Numbered from the stretch's first letter, positions 1 to 10,432 are shown. The stretch: DNA of 64,000 nt from Acidobacteriota bacterium (GCA_031395565.1 JANNUT010000137.1:11252-75251); one strand, 5' to 3'. Numbers and translations are program-made. The notes: generated by a model not told the origin, from the sequence alone.

Positions 1-2970
1 GATGGTGATCGAATTGAGGTGCAGATCTGCGAGAAGCCGCACGCTATCGTCGATGGAAGAGGGATCGAGCTCCAATCGATGGGCCAGTAGTCGCCGTACG
101 ACCTCGCTTGGGGACGACATCATCGGTGCCGGAACTTGTGAGACCAGGGTTTCCGTCGCGGCAGTGACCTCCGAAGCTGCTTTAACGGTCGCCCGCTGTC
201 GAGTGTCTTGCTCGTCCGTTAAGCGCGGAGCCGATTCGCACGGGTTGGTGATCGGCCGGTCAGTTGCGGTGAAGTCGAACTGACGGGCACCCCGTTCCAG
301 ATGTAGTCGAGCCACGGAATCGACACCGCCGATCACAAACGCGCACCCGAGAGTTCTTAGAAGAGAGAGTGTGGAGTTACCGAGCACGTCCAACGACATT
401 GCAGGTGCGCCTGAGTTCCGCCGCACCAAATCGCTCAGTACATGGCCAGGTCCGATCTCAACCCAAAGGTCGACGCCAGATCGCTCCGCGGCTTGAAGGG
501 CCGAAGAGAAGCGTACCGGATCGCAAAGCTGTCGGGCGAGGAGCGTCGCGATACTGGTATTGCTACTGAGGCGATCGCCCGTGATCGAGGAAAAAACTGC
601 GCGGGACAGCCGGTCAAAACTCATCAGCTGCAGTAACGGGGCGAGGGTCCGTTGCGCCTCCTCCATTAACGGTGAATGGAATGCGTCGGCGACATCAAGG
701 CGAGTCGCGAGGATGCCTCGCTGTTGCAGGCGCTGCTGCCAGGCTTCGAGGGCACCAATGGGGCCGGAGACGATCGTCTGATCGGAAGCGTTCTCGCAGG
801 CTACTCCCACTGCCGGATCATCGATCAGTCGCCGCGTTTCGGGGACACTGCATTCGAGACTGAGCATGCCGCCTTGGCAGCGATGGGGTGCCGTCATGGC
901 GCGCCCCCGCTTGGCGACCAGATCACGCAGGTCTCCGGCTGAGCACGCGCCAGCCCAATGCAACGCTCCGAGTTCGCCAACGCTATGGCCAATGGCCAAA
1001 GCGCCGGAGACGTCAAGAAGTCCAAGAATGCGAAGTCCCGTCAGCCAGCAGCAGGCGAGGATGTTCTGCTGATGATCGGTTGTCGCGCCATCCGATGTGG
1101 TCGCCCGCTCCGCATAGGAGTCAACCGAGGCAGAGAGGTCATCCCCGAGGTCGAAGAGCCGTCGCCACGGGCTGTCTGCCGCGACACCCAACGAGCCCTG
1201 TCCTGAGAACAAGAATCCGATCCGCGGGGCGCTCAGCGCCGTGGCCCACGCGACACCACCGTCGATTTGCAGCCCAGGCTTCAATTCTTGAGTGAACTTG
1301 GACCGAAGTAGAGCAAGCCGCGCGGCCAACTCCGTACCGGACGACGCGAGAATCATCGCTCGCGTTGGTCCGGCCGTTCGCGCACTGAGCGAGTGCGCTA
1401 GATCGCGAAGCTGAGCGATCGAGAGTTGTGGAGCGCGCGCCCGGAGCAAATCTACCGTTTCAGTCAACTCGGCCGGGTCGGCAGCCGACAGCACGAAGAG
1501 TTCAGCATCGTAGGAACCACGCGACTCCACAACTACACGTTGCGACAAACCACCTGAGCGTCTTGAAGAGATACCCTCAATAACGATATGAGTGTTGATC
1601 CCGCCGAAGCCAAAAGCGCTCACTCCGGCAAGCAGTTCCAAGTCCCGCGGCCAGGCCTCGGCCTGGTTCATGACCCGCAGTCTCGTTGTGTCCTCGTACA
1701 GCAACCGATTTGGCCTATTGCAGCCGGTCGTTGGTGGGATCGTCTGGCTGTGTAGAGCCATGATCGCTTTCAGTAGCCCGCCGACCCCGGCCGCCGCCTT
1801 TGTGTGCCCTACGTTGGCCTTGTAGGATCCGATCGCTGCGCGAGTCGAGCTCCGCGCGCGATGCGCGGTGGCGGCGAGCAACGTGGTCAGTTCAACGGCA
1901 TCACCTACGGCTGTTCCGGACCCATGTGCCTCGAAGAGCGCTACCGAGTTGATATCAACGCCGGCGCTCTCGTACGCGCGCTCGATTGCTAAGCGCTGAC
2001 CTCTCGACTCTGGGCGTGTAATAGAACCCCCGCCGTCGGCAGAGACACCCCAGCCGCGTATCAGTGCGTAGATGCGCCGGCCTTCGGCGATGGCATCGTC
2101 GTAACGCATCAGGACGACGAATCCGCAGCCTTCGCCCGGAAAGAACCCCGTAGGTTTGACATCGAAGATTCGCATTTCGTCGACGGCCAAAGCACCGAGC
2201 CGGCTGAATCCGACCAACTCGAAGGGGTCGAGGCTGACGTCGACGCCGCCGGCGATTGCAACATCCCACTCGCCCGATGCGAGAGTAGCGCTCGCCCGCG
2301 AGATCGCTAGCAACGAGGACGCGCACGCGGCATCGACAACGTAACCGCCGCCGTTCAATCCGAATTGGTTGCAGATTCTGCCGGCGATTGTGTTGGCGAG
2401 TCCTCCGGCCAGACTCTCCACATCAGGCTCCGGAAATGGGCGCTTGTACTCTTTCTCGAGCGCGTCAAGCAACGAGGCGAAACTGTCCCCGACGAAGCCG
2501 CGCGCCGTGAGAACGGCGGCCGTCACGCGTTTGACGAATGGCCACCGCAGCCGAAGGGCGTGGGCTCGCGTGACCTCGCCAGTCAATGTGTTGCCCACGA
2601 TGACTCCCGTAGTCTCGCGCGGAAGTCCTTTGCCGCCGTGGTATCCAGCATCGATGAGCGCAGCATCGGCGACGTCCAGAGCTAGCCAGTGCGAGATGTC
2701 CGCGCTTCGGAACGTCTGCGCCGATGTCTTGAAGCGCTGACGATCGAACGAGAAATTGTCAAGCAACCCAGCGGATGTAGGCAGCAGAGAGTCGACTCCT
2801 TGCGCAGCATAGTCGGCTAGAGTTAGTCGATCGGTGGGAATCGCGCGGAACGCACGGCGCTGTGCGAGCACCGTTTGCCAGAGCGCATGTGGTTGATCGG
2901 CATCAGGGAAGCGACACCCTACCCCGACCACCGCGATTGGTTCGTCCCGGTGACTGGACGGTCGAGACAT
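1..2970 (-). CDS. Type I polyketide synthase, N-terminal part (KS-AT-start of ACP); 3' end lies beyond the left edge of the window
   Basis: Absent from the ORF track because no stop is reached. The reverse complement of 2968-2970 is ATG and the frame stays open to base 1. My translation starts MSRPSSHRDEPIAVVGVGCRFPDA. It contains VVDAACASSLLA (KS Cys, ~2330-2365), EAHGSGT and YKANVGHT (KS His motifs, ~1800-1930) and GALAIGHSVGELGAL (AT Ser, ~960-1005). It ends VRRLLAHRLELDPSSIDDSVRLLADLHLNSITI (carrier-protein region, 1-100). Confidence 0.9.
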   Translation of the reverse strand, partial: MSRPSSHRDEPIAVVGVGCRFPDADQPHALWQTVLAQRRAFRAIPTDRLTLADYAAQGVDSLLPTSAGLLDNFSFDRQRFKTSAQTFRSADISHWLALDVADAALIDAGYHGGKGLPRETTGVIVGNTLTGEVTRAHALRLRWPFVKRVTAAVLTARGFVGDSFASLLDALEKEYKRPFPEPDVESLAGGLANTIAGRICNQFGLNGGGYVVDAACASSLLAISRASATLASGEWDVAIAGGVDVSLDPFELVGFSRLGALAVDEMRIFDVKPTGFFPGEGCGFVVLMRYDDAIAEGRRIYALIRGWGVSADGGGSITRPESRGQRLAIERAYESAGVDINSVALFEAHGSGTAVGDAVELTTLLAATAHRARSSTRAAIGSYKANVGHTKAAAGVGGLLKAIMALHSQTIPPTTGCNRPNRLLYEDTTRLRVMNQAEAWPRDLELLAGVSAFGFGGINTHIVIEGISSRRSGGLSQRVVVESRGSYDAELFVLSAADPAELTETVDLLRARAPQLSIAQLRDLAHSLSARTAGPTRAMILASSGTELAARLALLRSKFTQELKPGLQIDGGVAWATALSAPRIGFLFSGQGSLGVAADSPWRRLFDLGDDLSASVDSYAERATTSDGATTDHQQNILACCWLTGLRILGLLDVSGALAIGHSVGELGALHWAGACSAGDLRDLVAKRGRAMTAPHRCQGGMLSLECSVPETRRLIDDPAVGVACENASDQTIVSGPIGALEAWQQRLQQRGILATRLDVADAFHSPLMEEAQRTLAPLLQLMSFDRLSRAVFSSITGDRLSSNTSIATLLARQLCDPVRFSSALQAAERSGVDLWVEIGPGHVLSDLVRRNSGAPAMSLDVLGNSTLSLLRTLGCAFVIGGVDSVARLHLERGARQFDFTATDRPITNPCESAPRLTDEQDTRQRATVKAASEVTAATETLVSQVPAPMMSSPSEVVRRLLAHRLELDPSSIDDSVRLLADLHLNSITI

Positions 2971-3101
2971 AGTCGGTTACCCCCTGAGTTCCTACTCGCG
3001 AGACGACATAACGAGAGGCTACCACCAAGCTAGCAAGAGACTCGGCCACTTTGTCGTCGAAAGAGAGACGGCGAGACCCACGGCGTCTGCGAGCAAGAAA
3101 A

Positions 3102-5795
3102 CTAACGAACTAGTATCCCGGACCGACCGACGAGAACAAACCCAGCCCAACGAACCGGGGAGCGGTCAAAGGGAGCGGCGGCGTGTTCGGCCACAGTACG
3201 ACGCAACGCCTCGTCAAAGGGCACGCCTAGCTTCACCGAGCGATGGAAAGCCAGCATGAATTTGGAGGACGCTGCGTCGGCAACAGGCCACATCGAAGAG
3301 AGCACCGATCGCGCTCCTGACTCCAGAAAAGCTTCCGCTAGCCCAGGCGCCTTCAGCGGATCAAAGCCGCGCGGAGCCGAGTCGCACGCCGCCAGAACCA
3401 CCAGTTGCGCGTGCGTCCCACCGCTGCAAGAAATCTCCCAGGCCTCGAGTCTCTGATCACTCTCGAGATCGATGTGGTTGCGCGAATTGCCTCGATCCAC
3501 AAGGAGATAGCTCAGTGCAGCTGGGCCTGATTCGAAAACACCGTGCGTCGCGAAATGAATCAGTTGGGCGTCAAGCAATTCGTCTATCGACCCGTCACCG
3601 ATACCTACTGGAAAGGGTCGCACTCTGACGTCATATAGCGACGCCAACGCATCGATCTCGACCCGCGCGCCAGGCAGATCGGCTAGTTGCGGAGCAGACG
3701 TGCCCTTTGGAAGGGCGGAAAACCGGAGTCGCTGTCCGCTCCGACGGCTGCGTGTGAGTTTGTAATCGGACCGTCGGGTGGCACCGACAAGTAAGACTTT
3801 GGCGGCGAGTTGGGCCCGCTTGGCAGGTTTGACCAGTGCCGTTTGCGGAGCGAGGAGGTCGTAAACAAGACTGAGACGGACCGTTGCCCCGAGCCAGACC
3901 GGCGGACCCTGGTCGTTGAGGACCAGTGCACCGAACGGGATTGACCAGAGCGGACCGTCGGGTTCGATTAAAAGGCGCGTCGACGGCCGGAGGAGCAAGC
4001 TCGTAAGCGTCACTGGCAGCAGCTCACGTCGGACTGCACGTCCCCACCAATCCATCGTGCTGCGCCCAGCAACAGAAATCGAACGGGTTACCGTTTCAGT
4101 CAAGAGGTGCGTACGAAACTCTTCCGACCTCCTTTGCCAGCCGGCACGCCCATGAGGCAGTAGGTGCGACACGATCGGGCTACGAGGGTTGGAGGGAACG
4201 ACAAATAGAAGCGTCTTCTCTTCGCCTACGACGTACGCGAGTAGTGTCTCGCCTGATAGTCCTGTGCGAGGGTCGTCGTGAAGGTCGACGAGCGCGACGC
4301 CATTAGCGAGCGGCTGCTCGACCGATTCCGCAAGAGCGTTGTCCGCGTCGAGGCGAAGGGACGACCAGTCTTCCAGCGCATGTCGCCAAGTCGCCTCGGC
4401 CTCTCGGTTCCGGGCAGCCAGCGCGTATTCCACGTTCCATGACGCGCCCCAACGGCGCGCGTCTTCCGCGGTGAGAGCAACCGCCTGTCGCTCCTCGAGG
4501 GCTCGCGCCATGGACTGCGACGCCTCACGCCAATGACGTTTGTCGACAGACCGATCGAGAGGAGAGCAAGGTGGTGAGAGAGGCCAGCGGTCCATACGGG
4601 CCGAGGCTTTTCGTTCGTGACTCCATGCTTGACTGATTCGAAACGCTAGCTCAATCTCACCCGCCTCGGTGGTGGCGACGAGAAGGGTGAAGATCACACT
4701 CTCATACCGCGCTTGACAGTAGCGATTCGACGAAGCATCGATCGCAGCATCGCAACGTGAGCGGACAGCATTCCAGGCTAGCGTTCGTTGTCGCGTCAGA
4801 GCAGCGGTCGTACTCAGCCCTTCTGAAGCGAGCATCGCGGCGAGGCCGCGCGCTAGCGCCAAGCTTCTGGGTGCCCGTTGCTCTAGCAATGTCACGGCGT
4901 TCCTCAGAGAAGTCGAAGCCGTCGGCGAATGTTCACTCGGATCCAAATCGACAATCAACTCCAGGTCCCGTGTCATCAGCACTGCCGGTTCACGCACCCG
5001 TGAGTCGATCTGACTCAACGCGGACGGATCATGCGGTTCACCTTCGAGCGTCTGTGCGCGGGTCCTCCGCAACACCCGCGCAGCGCGTTCCTCGATCAGC
5101 CGCCAGGACCTGGTCGCCGCCGCCTGCTGCGCGGTACGCGCCAGCGCCCGTGCCTCACGCAGGGCTCCAAGCTGTTCCTTCGCTTCGCTTAGTCGGACCG
5201 TGGCTGCCCAGTGCACGAGGGCACTCTGTTGATCATCTGCGGTCTGCGCGACTGCTTGCAGAAGTGCTACGACAGCAAGGCCCGCATCACCCCATTCAAG
5301 CGCAACTTCGCCTTGGACCAACCATGACGCCGCAACGAGATGCGGGTCATAGTTGTGGGTGGTGATCTGTCTTCGGGCTGACCGCGCGAATCGCCATGCA
5401 TGCTCCAGTTCGCCAGCCTCGTATGCGGTTGCCGCACGGTCCAAATCGAGGCGGGCGGTGATTTTCTCGGCGCACGATGGAGGGAGTCGAGTCGAGAGCC
5501 CCGCCAAGAGTTCTCTTGCCTCGCTCACTCGTGCAGCGCCAAGGTGCTCAAAGGCCCGACCCCAGGCACCCATCGCAGTATTGGTGCGGGACACCTCGGA
5601 TGGACTCCAAGTCATTTCCATCGCGAGGTCGACAGGGTGGGCGGGACAGGCCTCGTCTGTTGTTGGCGATTCCATGGAACCGGTTGCGGCACCACTCACT
5701 AGGACGGGACTCATCGCCAGCCCGAGCAGTGTGAAGCCTGCACACCAAAAATCGCGAAATATCATCGCAGTAAGATAGCGCTTCAGAGTGTACAT
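3102..5795 (-). CDS. Secreted/membrane-anchored TPR-like + CHAT domain protease (clan CD caspase-fold)
   Basis: 897-aa ORF. N-terminal hydrophobic segment (FWCAGFTLLGLAMSPVLVSGA), long helical repeat region, and a C-terminal CHAT signature: LIHFATHGVF (His) and LVVLAACDSAPRG (Cys codon ~3384-3386). Confidence 0.8.
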   Translation of the reverse strand: MYTLKRYLTAMIFRDFWCAGFTLLGLAMSPVLVSGAATGSMESPTTDEACPAHPVDLAMEMTWSPSEVSRTNTAMGAWGRAFEHLGAARVSEARELLAGLSTRLPPSCAEKITARLDLDRAATAYEAGELEHAWRFARSARRQITTHNYDPHLVAASWLVQGEVALEWGDAGLAVVALLQAVAQTADDQQSALVHWAATVRLSEAKEQLGALREARALARTAQQAAATRSWRLIEERAARVLRRTRAQTLEGEPHDPSALSQIDSRVREPAVLMTRDLELIVDLDPSEHSPTASTSLRNAVTLLEQRAPRSLALARGLAAMLASEGLSTTAALTRQRTLAWNAVRSRCDAAIDASSNRYCQARYESVIFTLLVATTEAGEIELAFRISQAWSHERKASARMDRWPLSPPCSPLDRSVDKRHWREASQSMARALEERQAVALTAEDARRWGASWNVEYALAARNREAEATWRHALEDWSSLRLDADNALAESVEQPLANGVALVDLHDDPRTGLSGETLLAYVVGEEKTLLFVVPSNPRSPIVSHLLPHGRAGWQRRSEEFRTHLLTETVTRSISVAGRSTMDWWGRAVRRELLPVTLTSLLLRPSTRLLIEPDGPLWSIPFGALVLNDQGPPVWLGATVRLSLVYDLLAPQTALVKPAKRAQLAAKVLLVGATRRSDYKLTRSRRSGQRLRFSALPKGTSAPQLADLPGARVEIDALASLYDVRVRPFPVGIGDGSIDELLDAQLIHFATHGVFESGPAALSYLLVDRGNSRNHIDLESDQRLEAWEISCSGGTHAQLVVLAACDSAPRGFDPLKAPGLAEAFLESGARSVLSSMWPVADAASSKFMLAFHRSVKLGVPFDEALRRTVAEHAAAPFDRSPVRWAGFVLVGRSGILVR

Positions 5796-5807
5796 TCCCT
5801 AGGGAAT
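5794..5807. promoter_or_regulatory. Perfect 14-bp palindrome in the 32-bp divergent CHAT/caspase intergenic region (candidate operator)
   Basis: ATTCCCTAGGGAAT at 5794-5807. It overlaps the annotated CHAT start codon (5793-5795) and sits 20 nt upstream of the caspase ATG (5828). Confidence 0.3.
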
Positions 5808-5827
5808 TTGGAGGGTCGATTTCACCA

Positions 5828-7768
5828 ATGTGTCGAATCGGGTTGCTCGTCCTTCTGTTCTGTGCCGGGGCGGTCGATCCGGTTCTGGCGGAGTTCTCAA
5901 GTAAGGAGCGCAGCAATTCTCTTAGTCAGCGACGTCGGGCACTACTGGTTGGAGTGGGCAGCTACCGGGAGAACCAGTCTGGCCAGCTCGCTGATCTCCA
6001 AGGTCCGCCGAACGACATCAGGGAACTTCGGCGGATCCTCATTGAGCGCCTTCAGTTCCAGCCCGAAGATGTTTCGATCCTGATCGATAGAGCGGCATCG
6101 CACGAGCGGATCGCGGCGGCCTTTGAGCACCTCGCCCGTCAGACTGGCTCACGGGACATCGTCTACATCCATTTCTCCGGTCATGCCGTGCAGCTACTCG
6201 ATGACGATGGAGACGAAGCAGATGACGACTTCGACGAGGCGATTGTTCCATTCGGCAAAGGAGAAATCGAGAGTATTGCAATCCGCGACGATCTCTTTCA
6301 ACGATGGCTCGATGCCCTGCCCAGCCCCAACGTCGTTGTTGTGATCGATACCTGCTACGCGGGTGGTGTCACACGAGGAATTTCGAACTCGGGAGAGTCG
6401 CCGGGATGGCCGGCGTCGATCCACTTCAAACAGCTGGCGCTCTCGACCCACCGCGTACTTTTTGCAGCAAGTGGTACGACTACGCAGGCGCTGGATGGTA
6501 AGCCGGCGCAACGGGCGGGAGGATTGTTTTCCCACGCATTTGGACGTGCTCTGGAGTCATCACCGCCAGAGTCCACGGTGGCCAGAGTTTGGGACGGAGT
6601 GAGGCTAGAACTGGCCAAACTGCAACTGGATAGTCCAGCAGACAGAGTGCCCGAACCAGAAATCGATGCGAGTCCCAGTCGTTTGTCCCAACCATTGTTC
6701 TCCGATCTTCCGATCGATCTGCCAGCACGCCGTGCGTTTCCCGCAACTGTTCGCGGCACAACCCTAATGCTCGACGTTCCCGCGAGTGTCATTCCGCGCG
6801 GGGCAAGCAGCTTCGAGTTGTTTCGCTTCGACGAGCGTCAATGGGTCGCTGGTAGAGGTTTGGCGACAGCGCGCCGCGCCGAACTGGAGACCGACCTACG
6901 TGTGGCTCAGATCCAAGGACAGCGCGGTACACTTCCGCCTCGAGTGTGGGTGGTTCCGATCGACGCCACAGAGCCACTGACTATTGGCTGGGGAGATTCG
7001 TCGCAGGTTCCATCGATCACGCGGCTCATGGTTGCCCTCGCTGCGGCGCGGCAGGCCGGACTCGTGTACGAGAGAGTCTGGTCTGCACCGCTGACCGTGC
7101 ACGTCACCACTCCAAGTACTTCGCCCCCGCGAGTACAGGCCCAGTTGCGCATGCTGAATGATGCGGTCGTGGTCGGCCAGTTTGTGGGCGAGAATCCCGA
7201 GCAGCTAGCCGATGGGCTGCTGAAGGTGCTTCCCATTGAATGGAGCGCCACCGCGATGGTCGCACTAGTGGCACGAGTCCCGAGTAGCCCTGGCTTGGAA
7301 ACTCGGATCGTACGACATTCGAGCGCAGCCGATTCTGACACTCGCAGTGGAGATTTCTCAGGAGCCGAGATTGCCCTCGAGGTTCGCAGCCTGGATCGCG
7401 CGTATCTAACCGTGATCTCGGTTGATGGCATCGGCCGAGTCAACTGCCTGCTTCCGAATCCGCTTAGTGAGCGATCGCCCGAGCCACTTCGTAGGGGCAT
7501 CATCCCCGCACACGTCTGGGCGCGAATACCTGAATCAGACGACTCTGTCCGTCTCGACCCATTCTCCTGGCGCTTCGCGGATCCGGTGGCGCCTGAGACA
7601 TTGCTCGTCTTCGCTAGTCCCTCTGCCGAGAGCGCTTGCGCCCTCAGGCGTTCCTTGAGCCAAATCGGCGCCGACTTCCCTCGATCTAAAAACGCAGCAG
7701 AAAGCTGCACCGCAACGCTGACCGAACCGCCCACGTTGGTGACGGTCACGATGGTGCCAATCGGATGA
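5828..7768 (+). CDS. Secreted caspase-family (peptidase C14) protein with C-terminal DUF4384-like domain
   Basis: 646-aa ORF with signal peptide MCRIGLLVLLFCAGAVDPVLA. RRALLVGVGSY...LQGPPNDIRELRRIL, IVYIHFSGHA (catalytic His) and VVVVIDTCYAGG (catalytic Cys, ~6353-6355). GGAGGG RBS lies 11 nt upstream. The C-terminal LTVISVDGIGRVNCLLPNP region resembles DUF4384. Confidence 0.8.
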   Translation: MCRIGLLVLLFCAGAVDPVLAEFSSKERSNSLSQRRRALLVGVGSYRENQSGQLADLQGPPNDIRELRRILIERLQFQPEDVSILIDRAASHERIAAAFEHLARQTGSRDIVYIHFSGHAVQLLDDDGDEADDDFDEAIVPFGKGEIESIAIRDDLFQRWLDALPSPNVVVVIDTCYAGGVTRGISNSGESPGWPASIHFKQLALSTHRVLFAASGTTTQALDGKPAQRAGGLFSHAFGRALESSPPESTVARVWDGVRLELAKLQLDSPADRVPEPEIDASPSRLSQPLFSDLPIDLPARRAFPATVRGTTLMLDVPASVIPRGASSFELFRFDERQWVAGRGLATARRAELETDLRVAQIQGQRGTLPPRVWVVPIDATEPLTIGWGDSSQVPSITRLMVALAAARQAGLVYERVWSAPLTVHVTTPSTSPPRVQAQLRMLNDAVVVGQFVGENPEQLADGLLKVLPIEWSATAMVALVARVPSSPGLETRIVRHSSAADSDTRSGDFSGAEIALEVRSLDRAYLTVISVDGIGRVNCLLPNPLSERSPEPLRRGIIPAHVWARIPESDDSVRLDPFSWRFADPVAPETLLVFASPSAESACALRRSLSQIGADFPRSKNAAESCTATLTEPPTLVTVTMVPIG

Positions 7769-7903
7769 TGGCTGAAAAAAGCAGTCCTTACGGCGACGAC
7801 GATGCTGCAACGTCCGATCTGTAATGGTATCGAGACTCGGCCATCGCCATGCTAGTCGCGGACACTGAAGATCCCCAGTTCCTCCAAGTGGTAGAGTGAC
7901 GAA

Positions 7904-9172
7904 ATGTCGTGGCGTACCTGGGCAAGGACAGCAGAGGTCATCGCGGTCGGGTCGGCTACCGCACTGCGCTACGCTTGGCCACTCCTGCGCCCGCGAGTAG
8001 CGCAAAGCCAGCGTGCGCTGATCATGGCCGAGGCCCTCGCCCACCTTCTTGTCCGACTGGGTGGAGTGTTCCCAAAATGCGGCCAGTTGCTGGGAACGCG
8101 ATTCGACTTGTTCCCGGGCAACTCGATCGAACCGTTGCGGCGGCTCCACGATGCGCTTCCGCCTCTTGATCCCAAGATCGTGGAGTGCTCGATCGAGGCT
8201 GCTCTGGGATGTCAGCTTGCAGACGTTTTCAGTGAATTCGATTCGGTTCCTGTGGGATGCGGTGCCGTGGCGCAGGTTCACCGCGCCCGTCGACGCGATA
8301 CTGGCGAACTCGTCGCTGTGAAACTGCGGCGGCCAGGACTCGAGACTTCGGTCACGGCCGACTTGCATGCGCTCCGGACTCTCGCGCGACTCGCGGGGAA
8401 ACTTCCTATCCTGAGTGCGTATCCCGTCGTCGCAGCGATCGACCAAATATGTCTGGCGATCTCGATGCAGCTCGACTTCGAGCTTGAACGAAGCAATCAG
8501 TGCGAAATGCGACGCTGTATCGGCATGGGGACGGAGCTGCGCATTCCGCGTGTGCACGACGACCTCTGCGCTGGCGGTGTCATCGTCATGGAGTTCATTA
8601 GCGATCTGCGCCGCATCGACTCCGCGGATATCGCGGAAAGCGCGCACCGAGTGGTCATCGTCAGCGCCCTTCGAAGTCTGTATCGTATGCTTTTTCGCTT
8701 TGGCCGCGTTCACTGCGACATGCACCCCGGGAACGTTGGAATCGACGGTTCAGGCCGCGCCGTCCTCATCGACTTTGGTTTGGTAGCTAATCTCTCGCAC
8801 GAGCAGGTGACGGCATTTCGCCGCCTTTTCATGGCGATCTCTCTGGGAAATGCAGAGGCAGCGGCAGCGGTACTCCTCTCGACGGTCGAGTCGCGTCCGG
8901 CCCGGTTCAATCGATCTGTCTTTACCGCCGACGTGGCCCAAGTTGTGGCGCGCTCGACCGGGCGCTTGGCTGGGGAGTTCCGCGTCGGGATTCTCGTCAC
9001 TGACCTTTTCGGGTGCCTTCATCGACACCGCCTTCGTGGCTCAGCCGACTTCGTTCTCGCCATCTTCTCGCTTCTGGTGTTCGAAGGGCTGACTACGCAA
9101 CGCAACGCAGACCTTGATTTTCAGCGCGAGGCACTGCCGTTCATGCTGGCGGTGCCCTCGACGGCGAACTGA
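7904..9172 (+). CDS. ABC1/UbiB (AarF) family atypical protein kinase
   Basis: 422-aa ORF with GGVFPKCGQLLGTRFDLFP, GCGAVAQVHRARRRDTGELVAVKLRRPG, VIVMEFISD and HCDMHPGNVGI...VLIDFG (8710-8790). These are the typical ABC1 motifs. Confidence 0.8.
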   Translation: MSWRTWARTAEVIAVGSATALRYAWPLLRPRVAQSQRALIMAEALAHLLVRLGGVFPKCGQLLGTRFDLFPGNSIEPLRRLHDALPPLDPKIVECSIEAALGCQLADVFSEFDSVPVGCGAVAQVHRARRRDTGELVAVKLRRPGLETSVTADLHALRTLARLAGKLPILSAYPVVAAIDQICLAISMQLDFELERSNQCEMRRCIGMGTELRIPRVHDDLCAGGVIVMEFISDLRRIDSADIAESAHRVVIVSALRSLYRMLFRFGRVHCDMHPGNVGIDGSGRAVLIDFGLVANLSHEQVTAFRRLFMAISLGNAEAAAAVLLSTVESRPARFNRSVFTADVAQVVARSTGRLAGEFRVGILVTDLFGCLHRHRLRGSADFVLAIFSLLVFEGLTTQRNADLDFQREALPFMLAVPSTAN

Positions 9173-10432
9173 TCTTCACCTCCGGTGTCCCGCACGTTGC
9201 TCGTGGGCACACGGAGCGCCAGAGGATCGAGCGCATCAAGGCGGCGTACAGGCTTCTGCTCAGCCACGCGAACTGTGTCCAGAGCGCCGAGTCACATCAC
9301 GATGGCCGCCTAGCCGCTGATACCTCACCAGGCTCGACCTGGCGACCGGGAGTATCGCGGGACGGTACTGGAGTGCTCACACACGTGTCGCGTAGTCTTT
9401 CTGCGCCTCAAGCGCGTAGCGCTTCGTATCGCGTGATGACCAGCAATTGACTGTTTGTGGCCCTGTTGGTGTTCATCAGTGCGTGACACGCCCGTTCAAA
9501 TGGACATGCCGGGTCGACCGGGCAACAGGCGGACTCGATCGCGCGGCTCTAGTCCGCACGAGCCTCGGTGTCGCGCGGTCCAACGTCGCCAACTACAGGT
9601 GTCGTAAACGACTAATCTCACTCAGATACCGACCATTCGCCAAACCAGTGCAAATCAGCCAAGTACAGTCGCATTCCGTCAACCACGCGCTGGCGCTCAG
9701 CGTTATCGAACGGTTGCGGCTGAAAGGGTTCCGGGCCGCTGCTCGTTCGAACTCCGCGGCTCTGAAAGAAATCGTCTCACCAGTGTCCGTCATGTCACGT
9801 CGCCAAACCACGCTGAGACGAGACAGCGTACCAGCGCCAGGTCATTGGGAAAATAGCGAACTACCAGACTGTCCATGAAACGACGACCACCCTCGCCCGG
9901 TTGATCTGGGGTGATCCGGGCAATGTCTCGTACAGACTGTTCGCTTCTCGAAGCGGTCGTTGTGTAGCGCCCAAGCGAACGCCGGATGGCTTTTCGCGGC
10001 GAGGAATCGCAGCATACGGCGTCATCTCGCTCTTGCCACTGCGCGCTTGAGCAGGTTGTGGCTCGCAGAGACGAGTTTCCATTCGGCTGCGGCCAGCTCA
10101 AGGCCGCGACGCAGGAATTGCCGAAAGCTGCGAGCCTGTTCGATCTGACCAGAGACCGGCTAGCCGACCTGCTTTCCCAACCGAAAGCGACCACGATGCC
10201 CTACACGCATCGGCTTGCGCCCCCTCGCCGCAACACGCGCCCCCTGTTTCGTCGTCCTCGCCGCTGGGCCGTGCTTCTGTCGACCCCTCGTAACACCCCC
10301 ACAAACGGGGCGTCGATTCAGCCGCTTTGGTTGTGCTCGCTGCGGTGCCCGATGTCGCCCAACAACTCACGCGCCTGCCGACCTGTGTTCTCTTAGAGTG
10401 CTGCAGTATCGACACCGACTGGTCTCCCCCTC

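Noticed and set aside
7535-8725. 396-aa minus-strand ORF overlapping the ABC1 kinase gene
   Set aside because: It has no recognisable motifs, whereas the plus strand carries complete ABC1 kinase motifs. It is a shadow ORF. The same reasoning applies to 6907-7749 (-) over the caspase gene and 4757-5365 (+) over the CHAT gene.
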